Below, piece after piece: positions 1 to 13,818 of a DNA stretch of 64,000 bases. Source of the DNA: the human T2T-CHM13v2.0 reference genome, Homo sapiens; assembly GCF_009914755.1 (NCBI RefSeq), contig NC_060942.1; one strand, written 5' to 3'. The notes under the pieces were generated by a model. It was not told where the DNA came from, did not search any database, and saw only the letters and a program-made list of their open reading frames with translations. How positions within the stretch are numbered: the first letter of the stretch is position 1; each line of letters starts with the position of its first letter. Position numbers and translations under genes: made by a program.

Positions 1-769
1 TTTTTTTTGCTTTGGTTTTTGTTTTGTTTTTTAAATTTTGTTTGGCTTTTCTAGTTCTCAGAGGAAAAGTCAGTTGAAAATAGCTTAGTGCCCATCCTCC
101 AGATATTTTTTAAGTGGAAAAAAGAAAAGCAAAGGCAGAATCCAGTCAGTTAAAACATCCCAAGCTAGACAATTTAATAAAGAAAACGTACTATAGGAAA
201 CTCACGTCGAATGTGTTGATTGAGCTAAAAGAGCAAAGAGAGGGCAGTGAGGAGATTTAGAGATCAAGAGCTTCAGATTTAGAGAAACAGAGGAAGGAAA
301 GGAAGTATCAAGGCTCAGGAGCCAAGGCCACCTGCCTGGAGCTTGCCCAGCAGAAGCTGGGACCACAAAGCCACAGAGTGCCCGGGATGCTGCTCAAAGG
401 TGGAGGATGGAGAGTGTAGCCCTATTGCCTGACTTCTCTGCTCCTCCTGCCCTCCACTACTCTCCAATGCCTCCTATTGACCAAACTTACCAGAGAGTCA
501 GTGGCCAAGGGAACCAGGGAAAAGCAGAGGAAGGCAGGGAGTGAATCTGAGACCAAGTAAGCAAATGACAGGACACTAGGCTACTTGGAAAGACACCTAA
601 GAAACTAGTCATTATTGTGGTTGCTTCTGGGATAGGAAGAGGTGGAGGATTGATGGGCTGAGAAACTAGAGTTGAAAGAGACTTATCACATGCATGCATT
701 ACAGATTAACAATAAACATATATCATTGAAACGTCAAAGCAAACCCTTCAATGGCTTTCACCTGCCACA

Positions 770-910
770 GCGTTTCTCAAACTGCAGGGTGCATTAAAAT
801 TACCCATTATACTGGAGAAAATGCATACCCCATGAAACAGTGGTCTGGTGTGCATCTCAGGAAACTGCATTTTAATAACCAGCTTGTGCAATTCTGGTGT
901 GGCTGGTCCA
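770..910. mobile_element. Degenerate hAT-Charlie MITE (MER5-like) fragment
   Basis: Begins CAGCGTTTCTCAAACT...GCATTAAAATTACC and contains CTGCATTTTAATAA...ATTCTG, resembling MER5 consensus motifs; highly diverged. Confidence 0.45.
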
Positions 911-2783
911 TGTGGAATACGTGGTGACCATTAGGGCAGAATTTAATTTTCACCTAAATGACCACAAGTCCTTTCATGACATATGTGACTGATTCCTCTT
1001 CGAAACCCTTCTTAACAATGAGGGCAGAGGTTGGCCCTTGCCGCCTTCCTGCCTCTAATCTTTCTGCACAATGTCCTCCAAATTCTCACTGCATTTAGTC
1101 CTGATCATTTATTTGTGTATCTGCTTTTCTCATTAGCACCTGAGAGCGGAGGACTTTTCTTATTTGTATGAAATCCTAGAAATGCCTTGCATGTACTTTT
1201 CACATAGGAGGTGCCCAATGAAGGTGGGTTAAATGGACTAACTGGTGGTTTTCAGAGAAAGAGGGAATCTGAGTTGGCTGAGATGACCAGGAAGGGCTTC
1301 CCAGAGGAGAAATCACCTTAGACAAGCAGAGTGGAGGGGAAAATACATTCCAGGCTGGGGAAAGGGAATACACTGAGGTCCTAAAGGCAGGCAGGCTCAT
1401 TTCTATTAGTGAACAACCGTGGCAATGAATATAAAGTGCTTTGGTGTTTCTTTATTTTTTAAGACAAATTCCCTAAAACCATACTCAGTAGGTTGCGTAT
1501 CCCCCCTGTCTGGGGCCATAACTTCCCCAGATGTTAATGAGTACTTCCAGCATTGATCAAGGGGAGAGAGACCCCTACGGGTTTATAAAACATGCAGATG
1601 ACTGGTTTTTAACGAATGCAAAATGTCAAACAAAAGCAGCATCACAGGCCAGTTACTCATGCATAGTAAAGTTCCCAGGGAAAAAGAAGCAAATAAATAG
1701 GGAAAAAATACCTTGGCTGGAACCATTTCTAATAGGCAATGGACAATTGAGAACAGTGGGGGTTTTCAGGGACACGGGAGCAAATAGCAAATACATTTGG
1801 AAGATATCAGCAACAGTGAGATCAAGGCCATACCAAATAACCCTCTGGCTTTTGTTTTTATTAGGGAATAGGGCTTGTATTCAGCCTTCCCATGATAAAA
1901 AATGTACAGGGCTAAGCTTTTGTTTATTTGTGGGAAAGGGGAAGGAGAAAGAGTTGGACATATGTACAGCAAGAAGAAAACAATTCTAGAAATGGTGGTG
2001 CTTAAATGGGACTTCTCTGTGTCCCATTTGAGCTTGAAGCCACTGACTTGATCTTTGACTTCTTTGAATATGAACAGGACTTAGTTTGACCCTAGAACTT
2101 ATATTCTCACACAAACTCAAATTTTGGCTTTTCACAATATTTCCAAATGTGATCATATACAAAGTCATCATATTTGTGTTTGTAGGTGTGTGTGTGTGAA
2201 AGGGACTAATTTGTTTAATGCAAAGAGTTTCTGTAACCATGTTTTGGCATGCCTTCATTTTTTAACATACCCAGAGCTTCAAACCCTGAATGTAGCCTGG
2301 GCCTGTTTCAGCCTTGTCTGCTAGACTGGCTTTCTGCTTAGGTGGTGCAGACGGAGTGATCTCAGAAGCACTGGGAAGGCACTCAACCCCCTATATCCCC
2401 CTGCAACCCTCACACACCTGCTTAATGATGCTTGGAATCCCTTTGTCAGGGAGTACTGTCTTTCTTTCCATACTGGGAAATGAGCTTTAAGTTGCAAACT
2501 CTCTAGGGAGAGGAATCCCAAGGTCTCACATTGGCTTGGATGTCTCAGTGGGTGTCTCTGAGCCTTTCTGGGAGCAGGTAGTGCTCCTCACACATTTCAC
2601 CAAAGTGGCCTTTTGTCAGCAGCATGGAAGGATTAGCCCATTCCACAGGGTCTGCAGGCTTCCCCAGAGAGGCTGCAATAGGTAGAAAATGTCCATGAAG
2701 TCTCATGTTTTATCTTCAAATTTTCTGCAAATATTGGACTCTATTTCATCATATACCCACGTTTGTTTTAACATGAAAGTGTT

Positions 2784-3195
2784 TGTAGTGTCCCCTTTGG
2801 TGTTTCACCTGGATCCTCTTTACAGGCCCAACATACCCATTACCCAGCTGTCAGGAATAGCAGCTGCTGATGGTCACAGCTGTGGCACTCACTGTGTATC
2901 AACCTAGGCCACAGGGAACTGCCATGCCTAAGGTTAACTGCCCAGGGATCAGCCTCCTCCTGGGAGAGGGCCTGTGGCTAATGACTGGCTAATATGGAAG
3001 TCCAGCCCCCTCACCCCAACTTGGGACAACTCTAAAGGGCTGTCTCCTAGCATAAGCTGAGACCTTCCTTCACTGCCACCACATTGCATTGTGGCCAGCT
3101 TCTCCCTCTGCCCATCCTGCCTTTCCCACTTCTCCCAAGAGTACTCCCCAGTCAGCTTCTGCACATTGCTCTCTGTCTCAGAGTATAGTTCCCCA
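2784..3195 (+). mobile_element. ERVL-class LTR, LTR16 family (5' LTR)
   Basis: Starts TGTAGTG. Colinear blocks match LTR16: CCCAGCTGTCAGG..GCTGCTGATGGTCACAGCTG, AATGACTGG, GGGACAACTCTAAAGGGC, CTTCTCCCTCTGCCCATCCTGC, TCTCAGAGT. Confidence 0.65.
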
Positions 3196-3820
3196 CTCTA
3201 AGATGGGGTAGCAGCTATAATCCTCAGATTTAGACTCTAAAATGGGGTTTTGGAGCTGGATGTGTCATTGGCTGGCTGGCTGGCTGGCAACAAGGATCCC
3301 GTGACTGCTGATCAGTAGAGTCTGGATAGAGGTAACAGCACAATTTTTGCTAAAGCATGTGGCAGTGATGAATTGGTATGAGATCCCCTTGGAAGGGGAT
3401 ACATAGGCAAGAGTAACATCTGATGCTTGAGAGGGAGAATAAACGTAACTACAAGGACTATGGAATTGGGTGGCTATTGCTAAGCACCATTGACCTATCG
3501 AAGAGAGATAATGGCAGGCTCAGGGTGATCAATCACCAACCTCAAGCAAAATGTGAAAACTAGAGGGCCTTCTGGGCAGCATTAAGGAATCCAAAAGCTC
3601 CCATAGACAGAACAGAGGAGCAAGCACAGAATGAATCCTAAGAGTAGAAGAACTTCAGAGGTTGATTGCTCAGCCCACCATGTCTCAGTTGCAACTACAC
3701 AGCAGGTCCACTTTCCTCCCCAATCCTGCCTTCTTCACTTCATTATAGAGGTATCTCCTGAGCGCACTCCCCAGGAAAACTCTTTCTCAGAGCCTGTTCT
3801 CAGGGAACCAATCTAGTGCA
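3196..3820 (+). mobile_element. ERVL internal 5' remnant followed by the 3' part of a second LTR16 (internally deleted provirus)
   Basis: 3200-3680 has ERVL-int-like motifs (TTTTGGAGCTGGAT, ACAAGGACTATGGAATTGGGTGGCTATTGCTAAG). 3680-3820 repeats the LTR16 3' end (CAATCCTGCCTTC..GAGCGCACTCCCCA..TCTCAGAGCCTGTTCTCAGGGAACC). Confidence 0.55.
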
Positions 3821-3872
3821 GTATTTGAAACACTTCAATTTCTTTACATCTTCCATCACCAGAGATCTTAAA

Positions 3873-4350
3873 CTGTCTTAGTCAGGTTCCTGGCAGTAAA
3901 CAGAGGGGACTCTCAGCTGGGATTTTGAGGGGAATTTAATGAAGAGACTATTTACATTAATATGAGCAGGGTTAAAGCAATCACCAAAGAATGCCAAGGC
4001 TAACAAAAGACTTGCAATATCAAGAAATCATTGCCACCACTTTTAGGTCTGCCAGAACAAGAGGTAGAAATGGTTTAATGGGAGCCTACAGAGGTGTGGA
4101 GGCTACTTCCTATGGGGCTGCAGTGTAGAGGGCTACACCCACTGCCGAAATATGACCCTGAGGCACAGAGGGAGCAAGGGAGGAAATACCCCAACCTCTC
4201 TCTCCTCTCACCCTTGATCTCCTGAAGATGCTCCCCATTGTCCAAATCCACCTGTGAACTGGGTAATGCCTTCTGTAAGAGACAGCCCACGACAACACAG
4301 AACAGGGCAGAGAAGAGTAGGAAATGGATAGGGACATGGGGGAGGTTGCA
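3873..4350 (-). mobile_element. Old ERVL solo LTR (LTR33-like)
   Basis: TGTCTTAGTCAGGTTCCTGGCAGTAAACAGA...GAATTTAATGAAGAGACTATTTACA..GCAGGGTTAA resembles the reverse strand of LTR33-type elements. Confidence 0.5.
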
Positions 4351-5439
4351 AAAGGAAGATACTAATACAAGTTCCAAGAAGACACACCGTTTGTTAGCAA
4401 CAGCACATACCCTCTGGCCTACTGCTCTGTGCCTGTTAAAGGTACCCCCAATGTGGTCATTAGGGAAAGGACCCTGGGGATCTTTAGGCCACATGTGAAG
4501 AGTCATGAGGTATTCCTGATGACTTAGGTATTGCTTAACAAGGAAGAGGGTTAGAAAAAGGAGTTGGATAGCGTGGCTTGAACCTGAGTTGCAAAAATAA
4601 CACTTGCAAAAATAAACACTGCTGCACACATGCTTTCATGATTTTTCTTCCTTCCCAAGGGGGAAAGGAAGGCCGGAAGAATTTGAAGCAAACAAACTAC
4701 CATGGAAGAAAGTAGCATACAGATGAGAATGAGCCAGAGTTCTGAAGATTGGGCAGAGCAGAGAAATGCCCCCTCCCCGCAACCACCATGAGTTTGTCTT
4801 GGAGCAGCCAGATTAATAGGAAATGATAAAGATGAGGTCAGCACTCTGGTCATTGGAGAAAGCATGTCATTAAAGGTTTCTGAAGCCAAAATAGGGGTGA
4901 GGTGGGGACCCCAATGTGGCATTTTTCACTTTGAATACTTCCAACCTGGTCCAGGCTTATAAAGCCATTTCTGGCTTGGCTTTGCCATTTTGTTATTTTA
5001 AACTCTGGATGTCATTCAGTCCATTGACATCTATCAAGCACTGTGCCTGATGCACTGGGCACTTTGCTGCTCTGATATGAGTCTGTGCCTTTCTGAAGAG
5101 CTCTGCCTTGGTTCATATGGGAGGCCATGCATCCTGTGGGACATTCATTCTGTGTCAGGGAACTGGTTAGACAGCTAGAAATGAGGAGAGGATAGAAGTA
5201 GGCCTGAGCACCCAGCATCTTCAGCCTGTCTGGTCTTGCCAGAGGCCTGAGGTCAGCTCTCCATGTCTCATTTTGCTCTTCTGCCTTCAGGGGTCTATTC
5301 TCAGTCTCTGTCAACCCACTGCGTTCATTTCTTAGCAACAGAAAAGCTCCAGAATCTCCAGATAGAAGACAGCAGGTGAGCGACCTAAGTAGGGAAGCAT
5401 GGGAAGTGTGCTGAGGCACCGCTGCTCAACATGTCTGTA

Positions 5440-5810
5440 TTCTCCTGGTCAGCCTGGGCCTAGGTTACACTTTCTAGCGGATGGTGTGTTAGGGTGGTCA
5501 TGTGGCTGGTCCTGACCAATGGGATATGGCAGAAGGCATAAGTTGCCACTTCTAGGACTGGACCATTGATCTCCCAAGTGATTCACATTCTATTTCCTCT
5601 TCAGGAGGCTGAATAGAAGACTGATAGCCTGGAGGAATAAGAAGCCACAGGTGGAATGAGCTAGAGTCCTGAGGACTGGGCAGAGCAGAAAATCTCTCCC
5701 TCCCCACTACCATCACCTACTGACTCACTGTGACCTGAACAACAAATACGCTTTTACTGGCCTAAGCTACTAACTTTTATGCTTGTGGAAGCACTGAACC
5801 AATCTTGATA
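5440..5810 (+). mobile_element. MaLR LTR (MLT1I/J-like), degraded
   Basis: TGACCAATGGGATATGGCAGAAG..GCCACTTCTAGGACTGG, GAAGCCACA..GAGCTAGAGTCCTGA and AAATACGCTTTTACT..TAAGCTACT are typical of MLT1. Confidence 0.5.
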
Positions 5811-6181
5811 AAGTATAAAGCTGGAGGAGAAAGAAGGTAAGGCTGCTCTGTTTAGGGGCCTGAAATGGAAGATTAAAGAATTTGTTACTTTCTTATAAGA
5901 AAAATGGGTTGCTGCAGTCTGTTGAGCAAGAGAGGGACCTAGTGTTCCATCAAAGCTGCACCCTGGCCTGTGAAAGGGATTAGAGGGAGCAAGGCTGGTG
6001 GCTAGAGGTGCTAGAGTAGTAGGAAGCTATCACTGTCATGCAAGGGGGAAGGAGGAGGCCTGGACAGAGATGACGGGAGAAATGGGCTTGAAAGATGAGA
6101 TAGCCAAGACTGAGCAGGAAGGGTCTGCAGAGCATGGTGTCTGACAGGATGTGGAGGATGAGGGAAAGCCTGGAGGGCCAT

Positions 6182-6567
6182 TGCTGTGGCTTGAATGTGT
6201 TCCTCAAGACATTATGTATTGGAAAATTAATCCCCAGTGCAACAGTGCTGGGACATGGGGCCTAATGATAGGTGATTAGGCCACAATGGCTCTGCCCTCA
6301 TAAATGGATTAATGCCGTTATCACAGAAGCTGGTTTGTTATTGCAGGAGTAGGTTCCTTATAAATGGATGAGTTTGGGCCCCTCTTGCTGTCCCTTGCTC
6401 CTCTGCCTTCCACCATGAGATGACACAGCATGAAGGCCCTCAGCAGATGCTGACCCCTCAATCTTGGACTTTCCAGCCTCTATAATTGTGAGACAATAAA
6501 CTTTTGTTCATTATAAATTACCCAGTCTATGGTATTCAGTTATAACAGCACAAAACAGACCAAGACA
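6182..6567 (+). mobile_element. MaLR solo LTR, MST family (MSTC/D-like), inserted in an L2 remnant
   Basis: TG..CA termini (TGCTGTGGCTTGAATGTG...ACAGACCAAGACA), AATAAA-containing 3' block, near-perfect 5-bp TSD GCCAT (6177-6181) / GTCAT (6568-6572). Confidence 0.8.
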
Positions 6568-9209
6568 GTCATCAAGATTATTGGGAGTCTTGGAGGAAAA
6601 GCCAGTTTGGGAGAAAGATTATGCCTTCTTGTTGGAATATATGAGCTTGAGCTGGCTGAGAACTATGGGAAGATGCCCAGGTACAACTGGAAATTTCACC
6701 GTGGAGCTGAGGAGTGGACCAGAGCCAGAAGTGACTGTCTAGAACGAAGCCCACCCTGCCTTCCCTGAGCCAATCTCTAAGACCCCTTAGGAATAGATAC
6801 ACCAAAAATACTCTGATCCCAGATGTAGACCTGCACTCCAGTGTAAAGTCAACTTCACAATTTTTCAACAAACATTCTCAGAGGTAGAGATGGACTAAAA
6901 GGTAGAGTCAAGTTTTACTGGAAAAATGCTTGATGGGTGATGAGGAGGTGACCCTCATCCGATAGTGAACCCAGTCTGGTCTCGGTATTCATACTTTTGA
7001 CAAAAAGGAAGAGACAAAGGAGAGACACATTCCAGCATGTGGTTGGTGCAGAATGACAACAGGCAATCCAACCACAAAAGATAGGAATGTGATCTTGGCC
7101 CTGAGGAGAAGAACAGCAAATACTCTTTGGCTCTGGGTGAATTTAGAAATGAAAGAGAAGCCACATGTAAATTTCACTAGCACTTTCACAGTGATAAATG
7201 AAAATACTTTCACAATAAATGAGGTGCTACTAAATAAACAAATCACTTGAAAATGTACTTGTGGGATAGCGGAGATAAATTAAAAAACAGGTTAAAGTAA
7301 CATCTGTATATTAACATCATCATAAAACAAGTTGGTAATGGGGGGTAGCATGCAAAGTACTATGAAACAATAATCAGAAACTTTATGTCAATTATTGAAA
7401 ACCATGACATTGATTGAGAGGTATTACTCAGTCTCTGATGTTTCTGCAGCACGTTTTTCCCAACTGGGTTTATAAGAAGTGTCTATTCAACGCTGATAAA
7501 TACCCTTAAATTCTATCACAATATAATCTGCCTTAGGAAGACTACATGTTGAATTGATTCTTATGACATGATGGCTCAATGATTTCTCACTGTCCTAGAG
7601 TGGTTGAATAGCCATGTTCATTAGAAGACAATATCTGATTTCTTGGAATACTAATCATAAAGATAGCAGTCATTAACCTTTTTATCTGTAGACTTTTTTA
7701 AAAATAAAAATAAATAAAATAAAATAAAAAACATTTTTTAACCTATTTTCCTATCTGATCCTCTTGGGATACCTATACAGCTGAGTTATCATTTAGAGTA
7801 TGAGAAGACTTAGGCCAGAGCGTTATGTGGCTTTTCCAAAATCACACCACAAGAGGGTGATAGGTTCTGCAAGGGAACCCAGGTCTCCCCCAGCCAGACC
7901 CTCACCTTCGGCACTTTCTGTCTCTTTGGCCTTCCCGGGCCTTCCCAGCCCATCTCTCCCCTGCCTCATTTGTTCCCCTTGTCAGTCCAGGCCCAAGGCC
8001 ATCACCCTCATCTTCTCACAGATCCTCCTGCAGCCCTCAGCTTCTCCCTCAGGCAAGTTTGCATTTTCCTTTTATTTGGTCCCATAAGATGCCCACCCCA
8101 GGGCCATTTTGTGTTCCTCTGGCCACCAATTCAGCTCCGTGTTACCTATGTGTTGAAATTTTCCTCCACTAACTCTAATGCAAGCCATAGCCAAGAGAAA
8201 GGAGGTGTTCTACACCTTTGCCTCCAGTTCTCCCACCCTCCCTGCCTCCCCTCAAGTCCCAGATGAGCCCCACCTCCTCTCCTTGCAGGCCATCCTCCCG
8301 TGCCCTTGTTGTTTCTGCAGAACTATGACTTCCATCTTCTTCCTTTCACCTGCATTTCTCCCTCCCCCTGGGCAGCTTCTTCCTCAGATCCCAATCCCAT
8401 AAGTCTTCCTTCCCCTGCAAAACTGTTTCTTTCTGCCCTGGTTGCACCCTTCCTTGGGGTGCTGCCCTACCCCTCCTCCCACAAGTTTATGGGAAAACTA
8501 CTATAAAGAGGGGCAATGCTGGAGGTCCCATCTGAATCATTCAGGGAACTTGTTAAGAATACAGGTTCCTTGCTGTCATTTAAGAATTAGAATGTCTTGT
8601 GGTGGCTATGGAGATCTGTTTTTGTAATCTGTTCCCAAGGGTCTCAGATGAGAGTAGGTTTGGGGAGCTTCAGCCCTCAGGACTTCCACAAGACCCCTTG
8701 TTAGAGAGGAGGGTGATGCTATGGGGAGCTATGGTAGATGGGACAGGAGTGTGGTACCAGGTCTTGGAGGCCCTGAGTGCTGAGTGAAGAGTCAGGATTC
8801 AGCAGGGGAATGAGGATGGCAAGAGGGAGCCCATGCAGGCTTTTGAGCAGGGGAGACCTTAGATTCTGTGGTCTAGCCATAAACAGCTGATGTGGCTTCC
8901 CTGTGGTCCCTTAGCCAACTCCAGGGCAGCAGTCAGAGTGCCTATGTGAGTAGAGTGGGGTGGGTAGTGCTAGTGTGCAAGAGGCCAGCTGGGCAGCCCT
9001 TTCCAGTGAGAAATGCTTGGCCATAGTAGGGAACCAGCCAAAGGCACAGGCCCTGTTTTGGAGCAATCGCCAATCACTGTCCTCTACTCTCTGGAGAATG
9101 TCGCCGGTTCTGCCAGTCTCCAGGGCTGCCCCAAATCACTTAGAAACTCCCAGGGGCTGCTTACTCTACTCAGTTATTCATTTGCACAATACACTTTCCC
9201 CAGATGGGA

Positions 9210-9660
9210 TGTGCTAGTTTCCAAGGGCTGCCATAATAAGTAGCAAAAACTGAGTGGCTTAAAACTACAGAAATTTACTCTCTCACAGTCTAGAGGCCAG
9301 CAGCCTGAAATCAAAGTGTTGGCAGGGCCATGCTCCCTCCAAAGGCTCTAGAGATGGACCTTTCCTTACCTCTTCCACTTCTGGTAGCCCCAGGTATTCC
9401 TCAGCTGTGGCAGTAAAACTCCAGCCTCTGCCTCCATTATCACATGGTCATCTTCCATCTGTTTCTCTGTGTCTGAATCTCCTCTTCTTATCAGGACACC
9501 AGTCATATAGGATTAAGGACCCACCCTACTCCAGTATAACCAGATTGCAACTTTAATGACAACTGCAATGATCCTATTTCCAAATAAAGTGACATTCACA
9601 GGTATTAGGGGCTAAGACTTCAACATATCCTTGGTGGGGGACAAAATTAAACCCATAATA
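9210..9660 (-). mobile_element. MaLR solo LTR (MLT1B/C-like)
   Basis: GGGCTGCCATAATAAGTAGCAAAAACTGAGTGGCTTAAAAC..CTCTCACAGTCTAGAGGCCAG..CAAAGTGTTGGCAGGGCCATGCTCCCTC..TTCAACATAT..GGGGGACA is the standard reverse-strand MLT1 layout. Confidence 0.8.
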
Positions 9661-12600
9661 GATGTTTCATGGTTTAACATACATTTAATTTCTGTCTTTA
9701 CTGATGAGACTTCCATTCTGGGAGAGATGAAGAGCCCAAAGTGTTTACACTACATGAACAGCAGGTTAATATGCCCTGGCCTGACTTTCTGGCTATTTCC
9801 ACAGCCTGCTCAGGATACAGGTAGAGTAGACTTAGTATAACATGATAAGGTAAAAAGTATCTGCAAACTATTACTACACTGGTGCTTCCAACACTAAAAG
9901 CAACCGTTTGAATTGAAACATTATAGGAACACTTCTGTCACTAGCCAAGATGGAAGAAGTCCACTACAGCCAATCTCTCCCACTAAATGCAGCAAGAACA
10001 CTGGACAAAATACAAAAAGCAACTACTACCTGATAATTCTGGAAACACAACATCAGGAGGCTTGGGAAAAGGAGGAACCAAATCTTGATAAATGACTTGT
10101 AACAGGGGTGAATACCATTTATTCCCCTGTCTTATGAACTGGCTTTGATCTGTGGGTGTTTCCAGTGCTGCTGTACTGCAGTGTAGGCAGCAGAACTCTG
10201 GAAGAGGTGCTACTGTCTTTCTGGTCAGATGATTAGGAAAAGGGCCCCAGAGAGCTGGAGGGCATGGGAGAATTCCCTTTGTTTCTTTTTTTCCTCTCCT
10301 GGCCCCTCACCCTAAGGACAGCCGTTGTCTCAGAACTGTACTGCAAGGTGGTGGCAGCTTGAGTATCTAAAATTCCAAAAGAAAATCCTTCTGGTAAGGA
10401 GAACAGGGAGACTATGGTCCTGTATTCTAAAAAGCATAAAGAAAATCCCATTCCTTTATCTCTTCTTGCCCCAAGGGCATCTTGTTTCAGAGAACTGTGT
10501 AGTATCATGGAGCAGATGAAGCTCTGAGACATTCTGTGTCCCTCTAGCCAGAGGGCTGGGAAAAGTGGCCACTTGGAGGAAGCAGGAGGATATGGTGGAA
10601 GCTCCACAGCAGAGAGAGCTGAATAAAAGAACGCCACCAATTATGTGTCTAAACTGATAAAAGTCTTGGACTTCACCATAAGCTGCACAGGTACAGAAGA
10701 AAACAAAAGCAAGATAACAAAGAATGTCAGAACTGAATATAGGCCAACACCAAGTCCCAGACTAACCCCCAAGAAGCTCACACATGAGGAAGACCTAAGG
10801 CAGATGTGAGAACCAAACTGACATCAGCACTTCCTCCCACAGAAAGTGAGACAGAACTTATGGAATGAACCTAACTGGTTTGATTGACTGCCAAGACAAG
10901 AAAACTCAAGGTTCTCCAGAGGATTTTTAACATGACCCAGAGTCACACCATAAAAACCCAAAACCAGAATTACTTAACATAGGGAAAACCAGGACAATGT
11001 GATCAATTCTCAAGGGAAAGATAGTTAACACACACCAATGACAAGATACACAAATGTTGGAACTATCAGACAGAAACTTGAAAGTAGCTATTATAATCAC
11101 GCTCTTGAAAGGATAGAAAGAGAAAAGTTATCAATACAGAAAACTATTTTTAAAAGCCAAATGAAAATCTTAGGACTGTGTAACACAATATCTGAAATGA
11201 ACAACCCACTGTGTGGGTTCAATTGCAAAATAGAGATGAGAGAGGAAGGAATCAGAGAACTTGAAGACAAATGAATAGAAATTATCCAATCTGAAGAACA
11301 GAAAGAAAAATAATTGACAAAAAAATGAACAAAGCCTCAGGAACCTCCAGAACACTATCAAATTGTTGACATTTGTGTTATTAGAGTCCTACAAGAAAAG
11401 AAGTAGAACAAGATTGTAGCAGAAAAAGACTATTTGAAGAAATAATGTTTGAAAACTGCCCAAATTTGATGAAAGACATAAATTTATAGATTCAAATTCA
11501 GTGAACCCCCCAAACAGGATAAAATCAAAGATAACCACACCAAACATATCATAATCAAACTATGGAAAACCAGAGATAAAGAACAAAAATTCTGAAAACA
11601 GCCACAGAATCATGGTACATTACATGTAGGGGAAGCAGAATTTGAATAAGTACAAATTTCCATTAGAAACTATGGAAGTCAGAAAACAGTGAAACAACAT
11701 ATTTAAAGTACCGAAAGAAAAGAACTGTCAACTCAGAATTCTCACTGAAAGCATCCTTCAGGAATGATGGTGAAATAAATATATTTGCAGACAAAGGGAA
11801 ATCTGTTAAGTGAATTCATTATCAGCAGACTTACTCAAAAAGAAATGCTTAAAAACAAGAAAGTTGTTCAGGCTGAAGGGAAATAATACTAGAGGGAAAC
11901 ACGGAACTTCAGAAATGAAGGAAGAGCAACAGAAATGGAAAATGTTTGGGTAAATATAATAGATTATTTTATTTCCCTTAGGTTATTTAAAATATGTATG
12001 ATTATTAAGCACAGAGCATAACATTGCCTGGTAGGTTTTCAACATATGCACCTGTAGCACATGACAAGCATATGTTAAAGGTGGAAAAAGTAAAAATATC
12101 TATGTGGTTGTAAGAGTTCTATATTTTATTTGATGTTATAATATGTTCACTCTGTACAGACTGTGAAATGATATCAATATAGTAACCCCCAAGACAACAC
12201 TAAACAAAAAGAATGCAAAGAGATACAGTCTAAAAGGCAATAGATAAGCCAAAATGGAATGCCAAAGATATTCAAATCACTTCAAAGGAGGTAGAAAAAG
12301 CAGAAGAAAGGAACAAAGAAACAAAGAGAGAGAACAAATAATAAACTGTAGACTTAAAGTCAGTCACTTCAATAATTAGATGAAATGTAAATGAATTAAA
12401 AGACAGCCATCATCAAATTGGATAAAAAATGAAGACACAACTAAATGCTGTCCAAAAGAAACCAATTTAAACAAAAAAAATAAATAGGTTAAAAATAAAA
12501 GTATGGGAAAATCTATACCATATGAATACTAATCAAAAGAAAGATAGAGTGGCTACATTTGAATCACACTAAAAAAGACTTCAGAATAGTAAAATTTCCA

Positions 12601-13268
12601 GGGATGAAGAGGAATATTACATAATTACAAAAGGGCCATTGTCAAGAAAATGTATATCCTAAATGTATGTACACCTAACGGCAGAGCTTCAAAATACATG
12701 AAGCAAGAACTGACAGAGATTAAAAATAAGCAGACAAATTCAAAGGTATATTTGAAGACTTTAATATTTCTTTCAGTAATCTACAAGCAAGTAAATAGAA
12801 AGTCATCAACAATATGGAAGAACTAAAGAACTCTGTTAACCAACTTGACCTAGTTGATATTAATAGAACAGCTCATTAAAAAAAAATAACAGAATATACA
12901 TTCTTTTCAAGTGTACATGAAACGTTCTCCAATATTGATGGTTCCTCGGATAGTAAAATAAATTTTAACAAATTTAAAAGAATTGAAATCCTACAAAGTA
13001 TGTTCTTTGACCATAGTGGAATTAAACCAGAAATTAGTCATAGGAAAATATCTGGAAAATCCCCAAATATTTAAAAATTAAACAACACACTTTAAAGTAA
13101 CCCATGGGTCAAAGCAGAGGTGTCAAGGAAAATTAGAAATTATTTCAAACTAGAGGAAATGAAAATACATTTTAAAATTTGTGAAGTGCAGCTAGACAGT
13201 GCTTAGAGGAAAATGTATATCATTAAATGTTTAGAAACAAAAAGGGGTCTCAAATCAATAGTCTAAGC

Positions 13269-13377
13269 CAGTGGTTGGCAAACTACAGCCTGTGGGCTCC
13301 AACCTATCACCTCTTTTTATAAATAAAGTTTTACTGGAATATAGCTATGCCCATTCGCTTACTTATTGTCTATGGCT
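13269..13377 (+). mobile_element. MER58 (hAT-Charlie MITE), left part only, nested in the L1M
   Basis: CAGTGGTTGGCAAACTACAGCCTGTGGGC...TTTTTATAAATAAAGTTTTACTGGAA..TTATTGTCTATGGCT matches the MER58A 5' half; right TIR is absent. Confidence 0.7.
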
Positions 13378-13495
13378 CCTTTATTTCTAAGAGGCCAGCA
13401 TTACCCTAATATCAAAACCAGACAAAGACACTACAAGACAAGAAAACTATAGACCAATGCCTACAAACAACCAAAATTCTAAACAAAATTTGTCA

Positions 13496-13818
<323 letters not shown>

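Noticed and set aside
1531-1989. 152-aa ORF as a protein-coding gene
   Set aside because: No recognisable domain or family similarity and no supporting gene structure; length is within chance range.
4075-4629. 184-aa minus-strand ORF
   Set aside because: Overlaps an old LTR remnant and has no protein-like motif.
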